A stretch of 64,000 nt of DNA from Burkholderiales bacterium (GCA_046598945.1 JBKJHT010000202.1:5222-69221), one strand, 5' to 3'; shown: positions 18,084 through 28,050, counted from the first letter of the stretch. Notes: generated by a model not told the origin, from the sequence alone. Numbers and translations are program-made.

Positions 18084-19295
18084 ATGGCGGAGGGACTGCG
18101 TGTGAAAATATTTCTTAGCTATGCCTCGCAGGACCGGGAGATCGCGCAGGCAATCAATCGGGCCCTTCTGGAGCAGGGGCACGATGTGTTTTTCGATCGT
18201 GAAGACCTACCGCCCGGTGAAGAATTCCACATTCAGATTCGGCGCGCGATTGAGGGGGCGGATTTGTTCGTGTTCCTCGTAAGTGAGCACGCGATCGATT
18301 TGGGTAGCTACACGCTGAACGAACTCGACATTGCAGAGAAGAAACTAAAACAGGCGTCCGGACGGCTGTTGCCGGTGTTGTTGCGGCCAACGCCGTCAGA
18401 CCGGTTGCCTGCGTTCGCGAGGTCGGTAACCTTGCTGCAATCGCCGGGAAATATCCCGGCCGCGGTTGCTGACGCGGTGCATCGCATCGCGACCAAGCGC
18501 CGTCGCGGGCTGCTGTGGAAGGTTAGTGGCGGCGCGGTGGTGCTTGCGTTCATCGTTGCCGGCGTTTGGTTTGCGCGTTTTACCGGCTCGCCGGCACAGA
18601 CGATCACCGGCAACGATGGCGCGCCCGCAGTGTTGCTGCCCGCCGGCAATTTCACCATGGGCGACGACGAAGAATCGCCGCGCCGCGAGCTTTATCTCGA
18701 TGCGTTTTACATCGACCGCTTTGAGGTGACGACCGCGCGTTATGCGAAATTTCTCGCCGCCACCGGGTCCATGCGTCCGCCGGACGGCTGGGAGACGCTC
18801 GATCTGAGCCGCGGCGCAGAATTACCGGTGGTCGGTGTCGACTGGAACGATGCTGCTGCCTATTGCAAGTGGGCCGGTCGCCGTTTGCCGACCGAAGCGG
18901 AATGGGAAAAGGCGGCGCGTGGCGCGGACAACCGCCGTTACCCGTGGGGCGACGCATTGCCGGCACTTGACCGCGCGAACTATGAGAATGCGTCGCCGGA
19001 AGCCTACAATGGTGGTCTCGCGGCGGTGGGTACCCATGCGCCGGGTCGCAGCCCGTTCGGCGTTGACGATCTCGCGGGAAACGCCGCCGAATGGGTCGCC
19101 GATTGGTATTCGGATAGTTTTTTGCGCAGCGATGTGCGTAATCCGAAAGGGCCGGAAATCGGAACGGCGCGGGTAGTCCGCGGTAGCGGGCGATTTGATC
19201 CGAGCGAACGTCTCATCGCCACCAAACGCTACCATGCCAATGCGGATCTCAGGAGAGAGGACATTGGATTTCGCTGTGCGCGGGATGTGCGGTAG
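18084..19295 (+). CDS. TIR domain / single TM helix / FGE-sulfatase (SUMF1-like) domain protein
   Basis: N-terminal TIR pattern (KIFLSYASQDREIA, ADLFVFLVSEHA, SYTLNELD). KRRRG followed by the helix LLWKVSGGAVVLAFIVAGVWFARF. C-terminal FGE-sulfatase motifs (LLPAGNFTMGDDE, RLPTEAEWEKAARG, DLAGNAAEWVADWY, IGFRCARD). The start could instead be GTG 18102 (VKIFLSY). Confidence 0.8.
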   Translation: MAEGLRVKIFLSYASQDREIAQAINRALLEQGHDVFFDREDLPPGEEFHIQIRRAIEGADLFVFLVSEHAIDLGSYTLNELDIAEKKLKQASGRLLPVLLRPTPSDRLPAFARSVTLLQSPGNIPAAVADAVHRIATKRRRGLLWKVSGGAVVLAFIVAGVWFARFTGSPAQTITGNDGAPAVLLPAGNFTMGDDEESPRRELYLDAFYIDRFEVTTARYAKFLAATGSMRPPDGWETLDLSRGAELPVVGVDWNDAAAYCKWAGRRLPTEAEWEKAARGADNRRYPWGDALPALDRANYENASPEAYNGGLAAVGTHAPGRSPFGVDDLAGNAAEWVADWYSDSFLRSDVRNPKGPEIGTARVVRGSGRFDPSERLIATKRYHANADLRREDIGFRCARDVR

Positions 19296-19360
19296 AGGTT
19301 ACATTTTCTTTGGGCTGCCACGAACCTCATGCAGCTTGCCTGTTGGCGTGACATGGTCTG

Positions 19361-19416
19361 CGAGGCGATGGCCCGAGGTGGCCCAAGGCCAGCCCCCTAC
19401 CCCGTATCGAGGCGCC
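19361..19416. repeat. Copy of dispersed intergenic repeat family
   Basis: CGAGGCGATGGCCCGAGGTGGCCCAAGGCCAGCCCCCTACCCCGTATCGAGGCGCC. Compare GAGGTAATGGCCCTGGCCCTAGGCCACCCCGTAGGCC at 29642-29678. Confidence 0.5.
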
Positions 19417-19525
19417 TCCCAATCCAATTACCATTGACATTACGAACTGAGCAAAAGTCTTAATTCGACTGCGGTAGGTAGCTAAGGGATAATGCGAAGA
19501 TACAAATTTCGTCCCCGAGGCTGCA

Positions 19526-20287
19526 ATGCGCAAAAAATTGGTAGTCGGTAACTGGAAAATGAATGGCGGCCTGGATGCCAACGAGGTGCTGCTCAAGTCA
19601 TTGGCGGATGCGAAGGAGTCGCTCGTTGGTGTCGACGTGGCGATTTGCGTCCCGTTCCCTTATCTATTCCAACCAGCCATGTTGCTGGAGGAAACGCCCA
19701 TTGTGTGGGGTGCACAGAACGTGAGCGAGCACGGCAACGGCGCTTACACGGGCGAAGTTTCCGCAGCGATGTTGAAGGAGTTTTCCTGCGCGTACGTTTT
19801 GGTGGGCCATTCCGAACGGCGCACGATTTATGGCGAGAGCGATGAAACCGTGGCGCGCAAATTTAGCGCTGCGCAGCAGGCGGGAATCGTGCCGATTTTG
19901 TGTGTCGGCGAATCTTTGGCGGAGCGCGAAGCCAACGCGACTGAAAGTGTCGTCGGACGGCAATTAGATAAGGTGATCGAACTTGCTGGCATCGCCGCAC
20001 TCCAAAGTTGTGTGATTGCATATGAGCCGGTTTGGGCGATTGGCACGGGGAAAACCGCGTCGGCGGAGCAGGCGCAGGCGGTCCACCAATTCATCCGCAA
20101 CGGCATCGCCAGCCACGATTCCAGCCTCGCGGCCAAGCTCCTGATCCTCTATGGGGGTAGCGTAAAAGCGGCAAATGCGGCACAATTGCTGATTATGCCC
20201 GACGTCGATGGTGGCCTGATCGGCGGGGCGTCGCTGATCGCCGAGGATTTTCTGGCGATCTGCCGCGCTGGCATCTCAGTGGCATGA
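19526..20287 (+). CDS. tpiA: Triose-phosphate isomerase
   Basis: VVGNWKMNG, VLVGHSERR, AYEPVWAIGTG, ILYGGSV. Confidence 0.95.
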   Translation: MRKKLVVGNWKMNGGLDANEVLLKSLADAKESLVGVDVAICVPFPYLFQPAMLLEETPIVWGAQNVSEHGNGAYTGEVSAAMLKEFSCAYVLVGHSERRTIYGESDETVARKFSAAQQAGIVPILCVGESLAEREANATESVVGRQLDKVIELAGIAALQSCVIAYEPVWAIGTGKTASAEQAQAVHQFIRNGIASHDSSLAAKLLILYGGSVKAANAAQLLIMPDVDGGLIGGASLIAEDFLAICRAGISVA

Positions 20288-20322
20288 TTCGCTGCTGCAA
20301 CTAAAACTTTTTCGAGCAATAC

Positions 20323-20751
20323 ATGGAAACATTCGTTTGGATTATTCACACCCTTGCGGCCCTTAGCGTCATCGGCCTGGTGCTGATTCAGCACGGCAAA
20401 GGCGCGGACATGGGTGCGGCTTTCGGCAGCGGTTCCGCCGGTAGCCTTTTCGGCTCGACCGGCGCGTCGAATTTTCTCAGCAAGACGACGGGCGTTTTGG
20501 CGGCGGTATTTTTTATCAGCAGCTTGGGCCTGACTTATTTGTCCAGCCATCGGCAAAGTGGTGGCGTGATGCAGTCCGCGCCGGTCGCGGTGCAGCCGCC
20601 GGCGACAACGGAGAAGAAAGTGGATTCTGCCGCGACGATTGTGCCCGCCGCGCCGACGGTAACACCCGCGCCTGGCGCACCGGCGACCACTGCGCCGACG
20701 ACCGTCGAGCCGACTACAACAGATTCAAAAGCAAAAGATATACCGAAGTAA
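20323..20751 (+). CDS. secG: Preprotein translocase subunit SecG with Ala/Pro/Thr-rich C-terminal extension
   Basis: SecG core (LIQHGKGADMGAAFGSGSAGSLFGS) and tpiA-secG-tRNA-Leu synteny. Confidence 0.9.
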   Translation: METFVWIIHTLAALSVIGLVLIQHGKGADMGAAFGSGSAGSLFGSTGASNFLSKTTGVLAAVFFISSLGLTYLSSHRQSGGVMQSAPVAVQPPATTEKKVDSAATIVPAAPTVTPAPGAPATTAPTTVEPTTTDSKAKDIPK

Positions 20752-20764
20752 GTAGTAAATCCGT

Positions 20765-20849
20765 GCCGACGTGGTGAAATTGGTAGACACGCTGTCTTGA
20801 GGGGGCAGTGGCGAAAGCCGTATCAGTTCGAGTCTGATCGCCGGCACCA
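20765..20849 (+). tRNA. tRNA-Leu (anticodon GAG)
   Basis: Hand-folded cloverleaf. The acceptor is GCCGACG/CGCCGGC with one A5-C68 mismatch. The anticodon stem is CTGTC/GGCAG with loop TTGAGGG. There is a long variable arm, a T-arm ATCAG-TTCGAGT-CTGAT, and an encoded CCA. Confidence 0.9.
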
Positions 20850-20910
20850 ACCGAATAATTTTTGTAGCAACCCTGCTTTCATTTAGGTGCGTGAAACGGG
20901 GTAGCCCAAT

Positions 20911-21279
20911 ATGTTAGAAAACTACTTCCCGATCCTGATCTTTATCTTTGTCGGCCTCGCTATCGGCGTGGTGCCGTTGACATTGGGTTGGCTCATCAGC
21001 TTGCGCTTGGGCACCAACAAGCCCGATTCGGCAAAGCTTTCCCCTTACGAATGCGGCTTCGAAGCCTTCGAAGATGCGCGCATGAAATTCGATGTGCGCT
21101 ACTACCTTGTGGCGATTCTGTTCATTCTGTTCGATCTCGAAATTGCGTTCCTGTTTCCCTGGGCTGTGGTGCTTAAAGAAATTGGCTTGTTTGGATTTTT
21201 CGCCATGATGATTTTTCTTGGGATTCTTGTCGTCGGATTCATTTATGAATGGAAAAAAGGCGCGCTGGAATGGGACTAA
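20911..21279 (+). CDS. nuoA: NADH-quinone oxidoreductase subunit A
   Basis: YECGFEAF...[25 protein letters not shown]; first gene of the nuo operon. Confidence 0.95.
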   Translation: MLENYFPILIFIFVGLAIGVVPLTLGWLISLRLGTNKPDSAKLSPYECGFEAFEDARMKFDVRYYLVAILFILFDLEIAFLFPWAVVLKEIGLFGFFAMMIFLGILVVGFIYEWKKGALEWD

Positions 21280-21282
21280 ATC

Positions 21283-21765
21283 ATGAATTTTGAAGGCGTC
21301 ACCGAGAAGGGCTTCGTCACCACGAAGTTAGATACGCTCATCAACTGGACGCGCACCGGCTCTCTTTGGCCGATGACCTTTGGCCTGGCCTGTTGCGCGG
21401 TGGAGATGATGCACGCGGGCGCCTCGCGTTACGATCTAGATCGCTTCGGCATCGTGTTTCGCCCCAGCCCGCGGCAGTCCGATGTCATGATCGTCGCCGG
21501 AACCTTGTGCAATAAAATGGCGCCGGCGCTGCGCAAAGTTTACGATCAAATGCCCGAACCGCGTTGGGTGATTTCCATGGGGTCCTGCGCGAATGGCGGC
21601 GGCTACTATCACTATTCGTATTCCGTCGTGCGCGGGTGCGACCGCATCGTGCCGGTGGATGTGTATGTGCCCGGTTGTCCGCCCACGGCGGAAGCGTTGC
21701 TGTATGGCATCATTCAATTGCAAAACAAAATCAAGCGTACCAATACTATCGCGCGGGCTGCCTAG
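21283..21765 (+). CDS. nuoB: NADH-quinone oxidoreductase subunit B
   Basis: [29 protein letters not shown] (N2 cluster ligands). Confidence 0.95.
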   Translation: MNFEGVTEKGFVTTKLDTLINWTRTGSLWPMTFGLACCAVEMMHAGASRYDLDRFGIVFRPSPRQSDVMIVAGTLCNKMAPALRKVYDQMPEPRWVISMGSCANGGGYYHYSYSVVRGCDRIVPVDVYVPGCPPTAEALLYGIIQLQNKIKRTNTIARAA

Positions 21766-21817
21766 CGTGCTAAGAATTTCATCATTTATCAACATCGTTT
21801 TTGCGCTGGCAATGATT

Positions 21818-21905
21818 ACCCTCACCCCAACGCTCTCCCGCCTTAGCGGGAGAGGGAGTATCCCCTCGCCCCGCTTCGGGGAGAGGGCTAGGGTGAGGGG
21901 CCTAC
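21818..21905. repeat. Cloverleaf-type GC-rich repeat element inserted between nuoB and nuoC
   Basis: The outer stem is CCCTCACCC (21819-21827) / GGGTGAGGG (21891-21899). It encloses hairpin CTCTCCCGC-CTTA-GCGGGAGAG (21833-21854) and hairpin CCCTCGCCCC-GCTTC-GGGGAGAGGG (21863-21887). Confidence 0.75.
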
Positions 21906-21930
21906 GGTTAGATTGCGCAAGCAATAGTAG

Positions 21931-22527
21931 ATGACCACGACACTCGAATCTCAACTCGAAAAATTACGCAACATCCTCGGTGAGAATGTCGTCGAATCGG
22001 CTATTCGGTTCGAAGAAATAAGCATCGCTTTGAAAGCGGATTCATGGCTGTCGACGGCGAAAGCTCTACGTGATCATCCGGAGCTCAAGTTCGATCAGTT
22101 GATCGATTTGTGCGGCCTTGATTATTCCGAATACAGCGGTGGCGTTATCGGATCTCGTTACGCCGTCGTCTACCATTTGCTTTCGTTGGACCACAACAAG
22201 CGCGTGCGCGTGAAAGTGTTTGCGAGCGACGACGATCTTCCTCTATTGCCGTCAGTGATCGACATTTGGCCGGCGGCTAACTGGTTTGAGCGCGAGGCGT
22301 TCGATTTATTCGGCATTGTCTTCATCGGCCATCCGGATTTACGCCGCATACTCACCGACTACGGCTTCATCGGTCATCCATTCCGTAAAGATTTCCCGAT
22401 TTCCGGCCATGTCGAGATGCGCTACGACCCCGATCAACGGCGCGTGGTGTATCAGCCCGTCACCATCGAGCCGCGCGAGATCGTGCCGCGGGTGGTGCGA
22501 GAGCCGAACTACGGCGATGTGAAATAA
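21931..22527 (+). CDS. nuoC: NADH-quinone oxidoreductase subunit C
   Basis: [29 protein letters not shown]; a separate gene, not fused to nuoD. Confidence 0.95.
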   Translation: MTTTLESQLEKLRNILGENVVESAIRFEEISIALKADSWLSTAKALRDHPELKFDQLIDLCGLDYSEYSGGVIGSRYAVVYHLLSLDHNKRVRVKVFASDDDLPLLPSVIDIWPAANWFEREAFDLFGIVFIGHPDLRRILTDYGFIGHPFRKDFPISGHVEMRYDPDQRRVVYQPVTIEPREIVPRVVREPNYGDVK

Positions 22528-23781
22528 ATGGCCGAAATTCGCAACTACACAATGAATTTTGGTCCGCAGCACCCGGCGGCTCACGGCGTATTGCGTCTTG
22601 TGTTGGAGTTGGACGGCGAAGTCATCGAGCGCGCCGATCCACACATCGGGCTGTTACATCGCGCCACGGAAAAACTCGCCGAAACCCGCACCTTCATTCA
22701 ATCGCTTCCCTATATGGATCGGTTGGACTACGTCTCCATGATGTGCAACGAGCACGCCTACGTGATGGCGATGGAAAAGTTGCTCTGCGTCACACCGCCG
22801 ATCCGCGCGCAATACATTCGCGTGATGTTCGACGAGATCACCCGGGTGCTGAATCATTTGTTGTGGCTCGGTGCGCACGCGCTGGACGTCGGCGCGATGA
22901 CGGTGTTTCTGTATTGCTTCCGCGAGCGCGAAGATTTGATGGATTGCTACGAGGCGGTCAGCGGCGCGCGCATGCACGCCGCTTACTATCGTCCCGGCGG
23001 CGTGTATCGCGATTTACCCGATCGCATGCCGCAATATCAAGTATCGCAAATCAAGAATGCCGATGAGATTAAAAAAATAAACTCGAATCGCGGCGGTTCG
23101 TTGTTGGATTTCATCGAAGACTTTACGAATCGTTTTCCACGCTATGTCGACGAGTACGAAACCTTGCTCACCGACAATCGTATCTGGAAGCAGCGCACCG
23201 TCGGCATCGGCGTCGTGACCCCTGAGCGCGCCAAGGCGTTGGGCTTTACCGGCCCGATGCTGCGCGGTTCCGGCGTTGAATGGGATTTGCGAAAAAAGCA
23301 GCCCTACGAAGTTTACGATCGCATGAACTTTGATATTCCGGTCGGCGTGGAAGGCGATTGTTATGATCGTTATCTGGTGCGCATCGAAGAAATGCGCCAA
23401 TCGAATGGCATCATCAAGCAATGCATCGATTGGCTGCGCAACAATCCGGGCCCGGTAATGATCGACGATCACAAAATCGCGCCGCCACCGCGCGTCGATA
23501 TGAAACAAAACATGGAAGAGTTGATTCACCATTTCAAACTCTTCACCGAAGGCATGCACATTCCGCCGGGCGAATGTTACGCCGCCGTCGAAGCGCCGAA
23601 GGGCGAGTTTGGGATTTACCTCGTATCCGACGGTGGAAACAAACCCTATCGTTTAAAGATTCGCGCGCCGGGATTCCCGCATCTTGCCGCTCTGGACGAA
23701 ATGGCGCGCGGCCACATGATCGCCGATGTCGTCGCCATTATCGGTACGCAGGATATTGTGTTTGGTGAGATCGATCGGTAG
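22528..23781 (+). CDS. nuoD: NADH-quinone oxidoreductase subunit D
   Basis: [15 protein letters not shown], 417 aa, C-terminal [14 protein letters not shown]. Confidence 0.95.
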   Translation: MAEIRNYTMNFGPQHPAAHGVLRLVLELDGEVIERADPHIGLLHRATEKLAETRTFIQSLPYMDRLDYVSMMCNEHAYVMAMEKLLCVTPPIRAQYIRVMFDEITRVLNHLLWLGAHALDVGAMTVFLYCFREREDLMDCYEAVSGARMHAAYYRPGGVYRDLPDRMPQYQVSQIKNADEIKKINSNRGGSLLDFIEDFTNRFPRYVDEYETLLTDNRIWKQRTVGIGVVTPERAKALGFTGPMLRGSGVEWDLRKKQPYEVYDRMNFDIPVGVEGDCYDRYLVRIEEMRQSNGIIKQCIDWLRNNPGPVMIDDHKIAPPPRVDMKQNMEELIHHFKLFTEGMHIPPGECYAAVEAPKGEFGIYLVSDGGNKPYRLKIRAPGFPHLAALDEMARGHMIADVVAIIGTQDIVFGEIDR

Positions 23782-23795
23782 AACGTGAAGAGTGA

Positions 23796-23883
23796 AAGGT
23801 GAAAAGTGAAAAGTAAAATCGCTAATAATGACGGCAATCGGGATTGCGGAAGTGGTTTTCTTCACTTTTCACTTTTCACCCTT
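23796..23883. repeat. Long inverted repeat built from GTGAAAA heptamers between nuoD and nuoE
   Basis: The left arm AAGGTGAAAAGTGAAAAGT (23796-23814) is complementary to ACTTTTCACTTTTCACCCTT (23864-23883), apart from one extra C. The spacer is about 49 nt. Confidence 0.75.
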
Positions 23884-23900
23884 CAGGCTTTTATTTTCCT

Positions 23901-24374
23901 ATGCTAAGCGCGGAATCTCTCGGGAAAATCGATGCCGCCGTTGCAAAATATCCGGCGGAGCAAAAGCGTTCCGCAGTGATGGCTGCGTTGACGATTGCGC
24001 AAGATGAAAAACGCTGGCTATCGGACGAGACGATGGCGTTTGTCGCGAGTTATTTAAGCATGGCGCCAGTCGCCGTGCGTGAGGTGGCTACGTTTTACAC
24101 CATGTACAATCTCGCGCCGACGGGCAAACACAAGATTACGATTTGCACGAATTTGCCGTGTGCATTATCCGGGGCAAATGAAGCGGCTGACCATCTAAAG
24201 AAAAAGCTCGGTATCGTTTTCAATGGAACGACCCAGGATGGCAAGTTCACGCTCAAAGAAGGCGAGTGTTTCGGCGCCTGCGGTGATGCGCCGGTGTGCT
24301 TGCTGAATAATAAACAAATGTTGAGTTTCATGAGCAATGACAAAATCGATGGTTTGCTGGCGGAATTGAAATGA
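23901..24374 (+). CDS. nuoE: NADH-quinone oxidoreductase subunit E
   Basis: The start is moved to ATG 23901 ([14 protein letters not shown]), because the upstream part of the ORF lies in the inverted repeat. 2Fe-2S ligands CTNLPC ... [10 protein letters not shown]. Confidence 0.9.
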   Translation: MLSAESLGKIDAAVAKYPAEQKRSAVMAALTIAQDEKRWLSDETMAFVASYLSMAPVAVREVATFYTMYNLAPTGKHKITICTNLPCALSGANEAADHLKKKLGIVFNGTTQDGKFTLKEGECFGACGDAPVCLLNNKQMLSFMSNDKIDGLLAELK

Positions 24375-25681
24375 ACGTCGTAGGCTTGATCCCGCAGAAT
24401 TTCGATCGCGATAAGACTTGGCGTCTTAAGGACTATGAGGCGCGTGGCGGCTACGCGGCGCTGAAAAAAATCATCGCTGAAAAGTTAACGCCGGAGCAGG
24501 TCATCAACGAAGTGAAGCTTTCGGCGTTGCGTGGCCGCGGCGGCGCTGGTTTTCCGACGGGCTTGAAGTGGAGCTTCATGCCGAAAAATTACAACGGCCA
24601 GAAGTATCTCGTGTGTAATTCCGACGAGGGCGAACCGGGCACGTTTAAGGATCGCGATCTGCTGCGCTACAACCCGCATATCGTGATTGAAGGAATGGCG
24701 ATTGCCGCCTACGCGATGGGTATCAGCGTCGGTTACAACTACATTCATGGCGAGATTTGGGAAACCTATGATCGCTGCGAGGCGGCGCTGGATGAGGCGC
24801 GTGCGGCTGGATTTTTAGGCAAATATATTCTCGGCTCGGATTTTAGTTTTGAGCTTTACAACCACCACGGTTACGGCGCCTATATTTGCGGCGAAGAAAC
24901 CGCGTTGTTGGAATCCCTTGAAGGTAAAAAAGGTCAGCCGCGTTACAAGCCACCGTTCCCCGCGAGCTTTGGTTTATATGGCAAGCCGAGCACGATTAAT
25001 AACACCGAAACTTTTGCCAGCGTGCCCTGGATTATCGTCAACGGCGGACAAAAATTTTTGGAAATGGGCAAGCCGAACAACGGTGGCAGTAAATTGTTTT
25101 CCGTTTCCGGCCATGTCGAACGGCCGGGGAATTACGAGGCGCCCCTCGGCACGCCGTTCGCCAAGCTATTGGAAATGGCCGGTGGTATGCGCGGCGGCAA
25201 GAAATTGAAGGCGGTGATTCCCGGCGGATCGAGCATGCCGGTGTTACCGGCCGACATTATGATGGCGACCGACATGGACTACGATTCCATCGCCAAGGCG
25301 GGTTCGATGTTGGGTTCCGGTGCGGTGATCGTGATGGACGAGACTACCTGCATGGTGAAGGCGCTGGAGCGTTTGTCTTATTTTTACTTTGAAGAATCCT
25401 GCGGCCAATGCACGCCCTGCCGTGAGGGCACGGGATGGCTCTACCGCATGGTGAACCGCATCGAGACTGGCAAGGGGCGTCCGGAAGATTTGGATCGCCT
25501 GGTGAGCGTGAGCAATAACATCCAAGGCCATACCATTTGCGCGCTTGGCGATGCGGCCGCGATGCCGGTTAAGGCGATGATTCAGCATTTCCGCGCCGAG
25601 TTTGAACACCACATCGAACACAAGCATTGCCTAGTCGGAACCGGCAGCATCGTTCAGCAATCAGCGAAGCTCGCCGCATGA
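24371..25681 (+). CDS. nuoF: NADH-quinone oxidoreductase subunit F
   Basis: [38 protein letters not shown]. Confidence 0.95.
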   Translation: MNVVGLIPQNFDRDKTWRLKDYEARGGYAALKKIIAEKLTPEQVINEVKLSALRGRGGAGFPTGLKWSFMPKNYNGQKYLVCNSDEGEPGTFKDRDLLRYNPHIVIEGMAIAAYAMGISVGYNYIHGEIWETYDRCEAALDEARAAGFLGKYILGSDFSFELYNHHGYGAYICGEETALLESLEGKKGQPRYKPPFPASFGLYGKPSTINNTETFASVPWIIVNGGQKFLEMGKPNNGGSKLFSVSGHVERPGNYEAPLGTPFAKLLEMAGGMRGGKKLKAVIPGGSSMPVLPADIMMATDMDYDSIAKAGSMLGSGAVIVMDETTCMVKALERLSYFYFEESCGQCTPCREGTGWLYRMVNRIETGKGRPEDLDRLVSVSNNIQGHTICALGDAAAMPVKAMIQHFRAEFEHHIEHKHCLVGTGSIVQQSAKLAA

Positions 25682-28050
25682 TCAATCTGGAAATCGACGG
25701 CAAGCCGGTGCAAGTGGCGCCGGGCACCATGGTCATCCAGGCGGCCAATCAGCTCGGCATTACCGTGCCACATTTTTGTTATCACAAGAAACTTTCCATC
25801 GCCGCCAATTGCCGTATGTGCCTCGTGCAAGTGGAAAAAGCACCGAAACCATTGCCCGCGTGTGCGACGCCGGTAGCGGAAGGCATGAAGGTCTACACCC
25901 ATTCCGACTATGCGGTAAAAGCGCAGAAGAGCGTGATGGAATTTTTGCTGATTAATCATCCTCTCGATTGCCCGATTTGCGATCAGGGCGGCGAATGCCA
26001 GTTGCAAGATCTATCGGTGGGCTATGGCGGCAGCAATTCGCGTTATGAAGAGGACAAGCGCGTCGTTGATCACAAAGATCTCGGCCCGCTGATTTCCGGG
26101 CAAGAGATGACGCGCTGCATTCACTGCACGCGCTGCGTGCGCTTCGGCGAAGAGATAGCCGGCGTGATGGAATTGGGCATGATCGGCCGCGGTGAACACG
26201 CGGAGATCATCGGCTTCGTTGGCAAGACCATCGATTCGGAATTGTCCGGCAACATGATCGACGTGTGTCCCGTCGGCGCGCTGACCAGCAAGCCGTTCCG
26301 TTACGCGGCGCGGACTTGGGAGTTGTCGCGTTATCAATCGATCAGCCCCCACGATGGCCTCGGCGCCAATCTCACAATACAAGTAAAGCAGAATAAAGTT
26401 TTGCGCGTGGCGCCGCGGGAAAACGAAGAATTGAACGAATGTTGGCTCGCCGATCGCGATCGTTTTTCCTATGAAGGATTGAATGCCCCGGAGCGCCTGA
26501 CCCAGCCGATGATCAAAGAGGCTGGAACCTGGCGCGAAGTCGATTGGCCGACGGCGCTGGAATTTACGGCGCGGCATATTCGGCGCATTAAAGATCAACA
26601 TGGCGCCGACAGTATCGGCGCGCTGGCGACGCCGCATCAAACGCTGGAAGAATTATTCCTGCTGCAAAAGCTGATGCGCGATCTAGGCTCGAACAATATC
26701 GATCATCGCTTGCGCCAATCGGATTTCAGCCTTGACGGCACGCAAAGTGCTCCTTGGCTGGGCATGAAAGTCGCGGAATTGAGCAAGCTGAAAAGCGCGT
26801 TGATTATCGGCAGCACATTGCGCAAAGAGCAGCCGCTGATTTCGCAACGCGTGCGCATGGCCGTGAAGAAAGGTCTTGCGCTGAGCGTGATCCATATTGC
26901 GGACGACGATTTGTTGATGGCGGTTGCGAACAAAGCGATTGTCGCGCCGAGTGAATTGTTAAGTAACGTAGCGCAAGTGTTGAAGGCGGCGCTGGAACGC
27001 AATCCGCGCGAAATACCTGGGTCGTTGCAAAGCGTGCTCGCGGCAGTTCAAATTTCCGACATCGCGCGCAAGATCGCGGCGAGCCTGATCGAAAAAGGTG
27101 AAGGCGCAATCTTACTCGGCAATGTCGCGCAACATCATCCCGCCCATGCAAGTATTTACGCCGTTGCCCAGGCGTTGGCGCGTGTCGCGAACGCGCGCTT
27201 CGGCGTGCTCGGTGAGGCGGCCAATAGCGTGGGCGCGAGCCTCGCCGGCGCGGTGCCTTGCGCAGGGCCATTGCGAAAGACATCTCAGGCCGGGCTGAAT
27301 GCCACGCAAATGTTAACGTCAGCGCGCAAAGCCTACGTCTTACTCGGCGCGGAGCCGGAGTTAGATTGCCATCAACCCGTCACGGCGATGAATGCGATGG
27401 CGACGGCGGAGTTGGTCGTGGCGCTGACTTGTTATCGTCACCGCGCCAGCGAATACGCGCAAGTCATGTTGCCGATTGCGCCATTCACCGAGACCGCCGG
27501 TACGTTTGTCAATATGGAAGGGCGCGTGCAGAGTTTTTCCGGCGTCGTGAAGCCAATGGGTCAATCGCGTCCCGCGTGGAAAGTGTTGCGCGTGATGGCG
27601 AATTTGTTGGGCTTGCCGGGATTTGAGTTTGATAGTGTCGAAGCAGTGCGCAACGCAATTGCTGCTGATCTCGCGGGCGCGGTGGCGGGTCTATTGAGCA
27701 ACACGCAAGTGATCCACAACGTTTCTATGTCGGCGTCGTTCGGTGGGTTAGAGCGCGTTGGTGAAGTGCCGATCTATCAACTCGACGCGGTTGTTCGGCG
27801 TGCGCAAAGTTTACAGAAAACCCGCGACGCGGCAGCGCCGACCGCAGCGATGAATTCGCGCATGCTGGAAAAGCATGCTCTGAAGGCGGGCGCATCGGTT
27901 CGTGTAAAGCAGGGCGGCAACGCTATCGTGCTCGACGCGAGTTGTGACGAAGCCTTGCCGGACAACGCAGTCCGCGTGGCTGCCGGACATCCGCTCACCG
28001 CCGGGTTGGAATCGATGTTTGGTGCGATTCAATTGGAGCGCATCGGCTGA
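25678..28050 (+). CDS. nuoG: NADH-quinone oxidoreductase subunit G
   Basis: The start is moved to ATG 25678 ([11 protein letters not shown]), overlapping the nuoF stop. Fe-S motifs [29 protein letters not shown] and [10 protein letters not shown]. Confidence 0.95.
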   Translation: MINLEIDGKPVQVAPGTMVIQAANQLGITVPHFCYHKKLSIAANCRMCLVQVEKAPKPLPACATPVAEGMKVYTHSDYAVKAQKSVMEFLLINHPLDCPICDQGGECQLQDLSVGYGGSNSRYEEDKRVVDHKDLGPLISGQEMTRCIHCTRCVRFGEEIAGVMELGMIGRGEHAEIIGFVGKTIDSELSGNMIDVCPVGALTSKPFRYAARTWELSRYQSISPHDGLGANLTIQVKQNKVLRVAPRENEELNECWLADRDRFSYEGLNAPERLTQPMIKEAGTWREVDWPTALEFTARHIRRIKDQHGADSIGALATPHQTLEELFLLQKLMRDLGSNNIDHRLRQSDFSLDGTQSAPWLGMKVAELSKLKSALIIGSTLRKEQPLISQRVRMAVKKGLALSVIHIADDDLLMAVANKAIVAPSELLSNVAQVLKAALERNPREIPGSLQSVLAAVQISDIARKIAASLIEKGEGAILLGNVAQHHPAHASIYAVAQALARVANARFGVLGEAANSVGASLAGAVPCAGPLRKTSQAGLNATQMLTSARKAYVLLGAEPELDCHQPVTAMNAMATAELVVALTCYRHRASEYAQVMLPIAPFTETAGTFVNMEGRVQSFSGVVKPMGQSRPAWKVLRVMANLLGLPGFEFDSVEAVRNAIAADLAGAVAGLLSNTQVIHNVSMSASFGGLERVGEVPIYQLDAVVRRAQSLQKTRDAAAPTAAMNSRMLEKHALKAGASVRVKQGGNAIVLDASCDEALPDNAVRVAAGHPLTAGLESMFGAIQLERIG

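Noticed and set aside
18084-19295. Interpreting the TIR gene as the ThsB component of a Thoeris system
   Set aside because: No ThsA (SIR2 or TM plus SLOG) or any other recognised partner lies within several kb. The TM helix plus FGE-sulfatase fusion is not the ThsB architecture.
20765-20849. A5-C68 mismatch in the tRNA-Leu acceptor stem as a sign of a tRNA pseudogene
   Set aside because: All other stems, the conserved T-loop, the G53-C61 pair and the long variable arm are intact. The gene sits in the conserved secG-tRNA-Leu-nuoA position, and a single mismatch is tolerable.
21436-21954. 172-aa minus-strand ORF, and the 113-aa plus-strand ORF 21593-21934
   Set aside because: Both are antisense to or out of frame with nuoB, and are extended by the GC-rich cloverleaf repeat (PSPRFGERARVRG-type peptide). 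This is a known source of false hypothetical proteins.
23844-23900. N-terminal 19-codon extension of nuoE in the ORF track
   Set aside because: The extension is encoded by the right arm of the heptamer hairpin (FSSLFTFHPSGFYFP). The ATG at 23901 gives a normal NuoE N-terminus.
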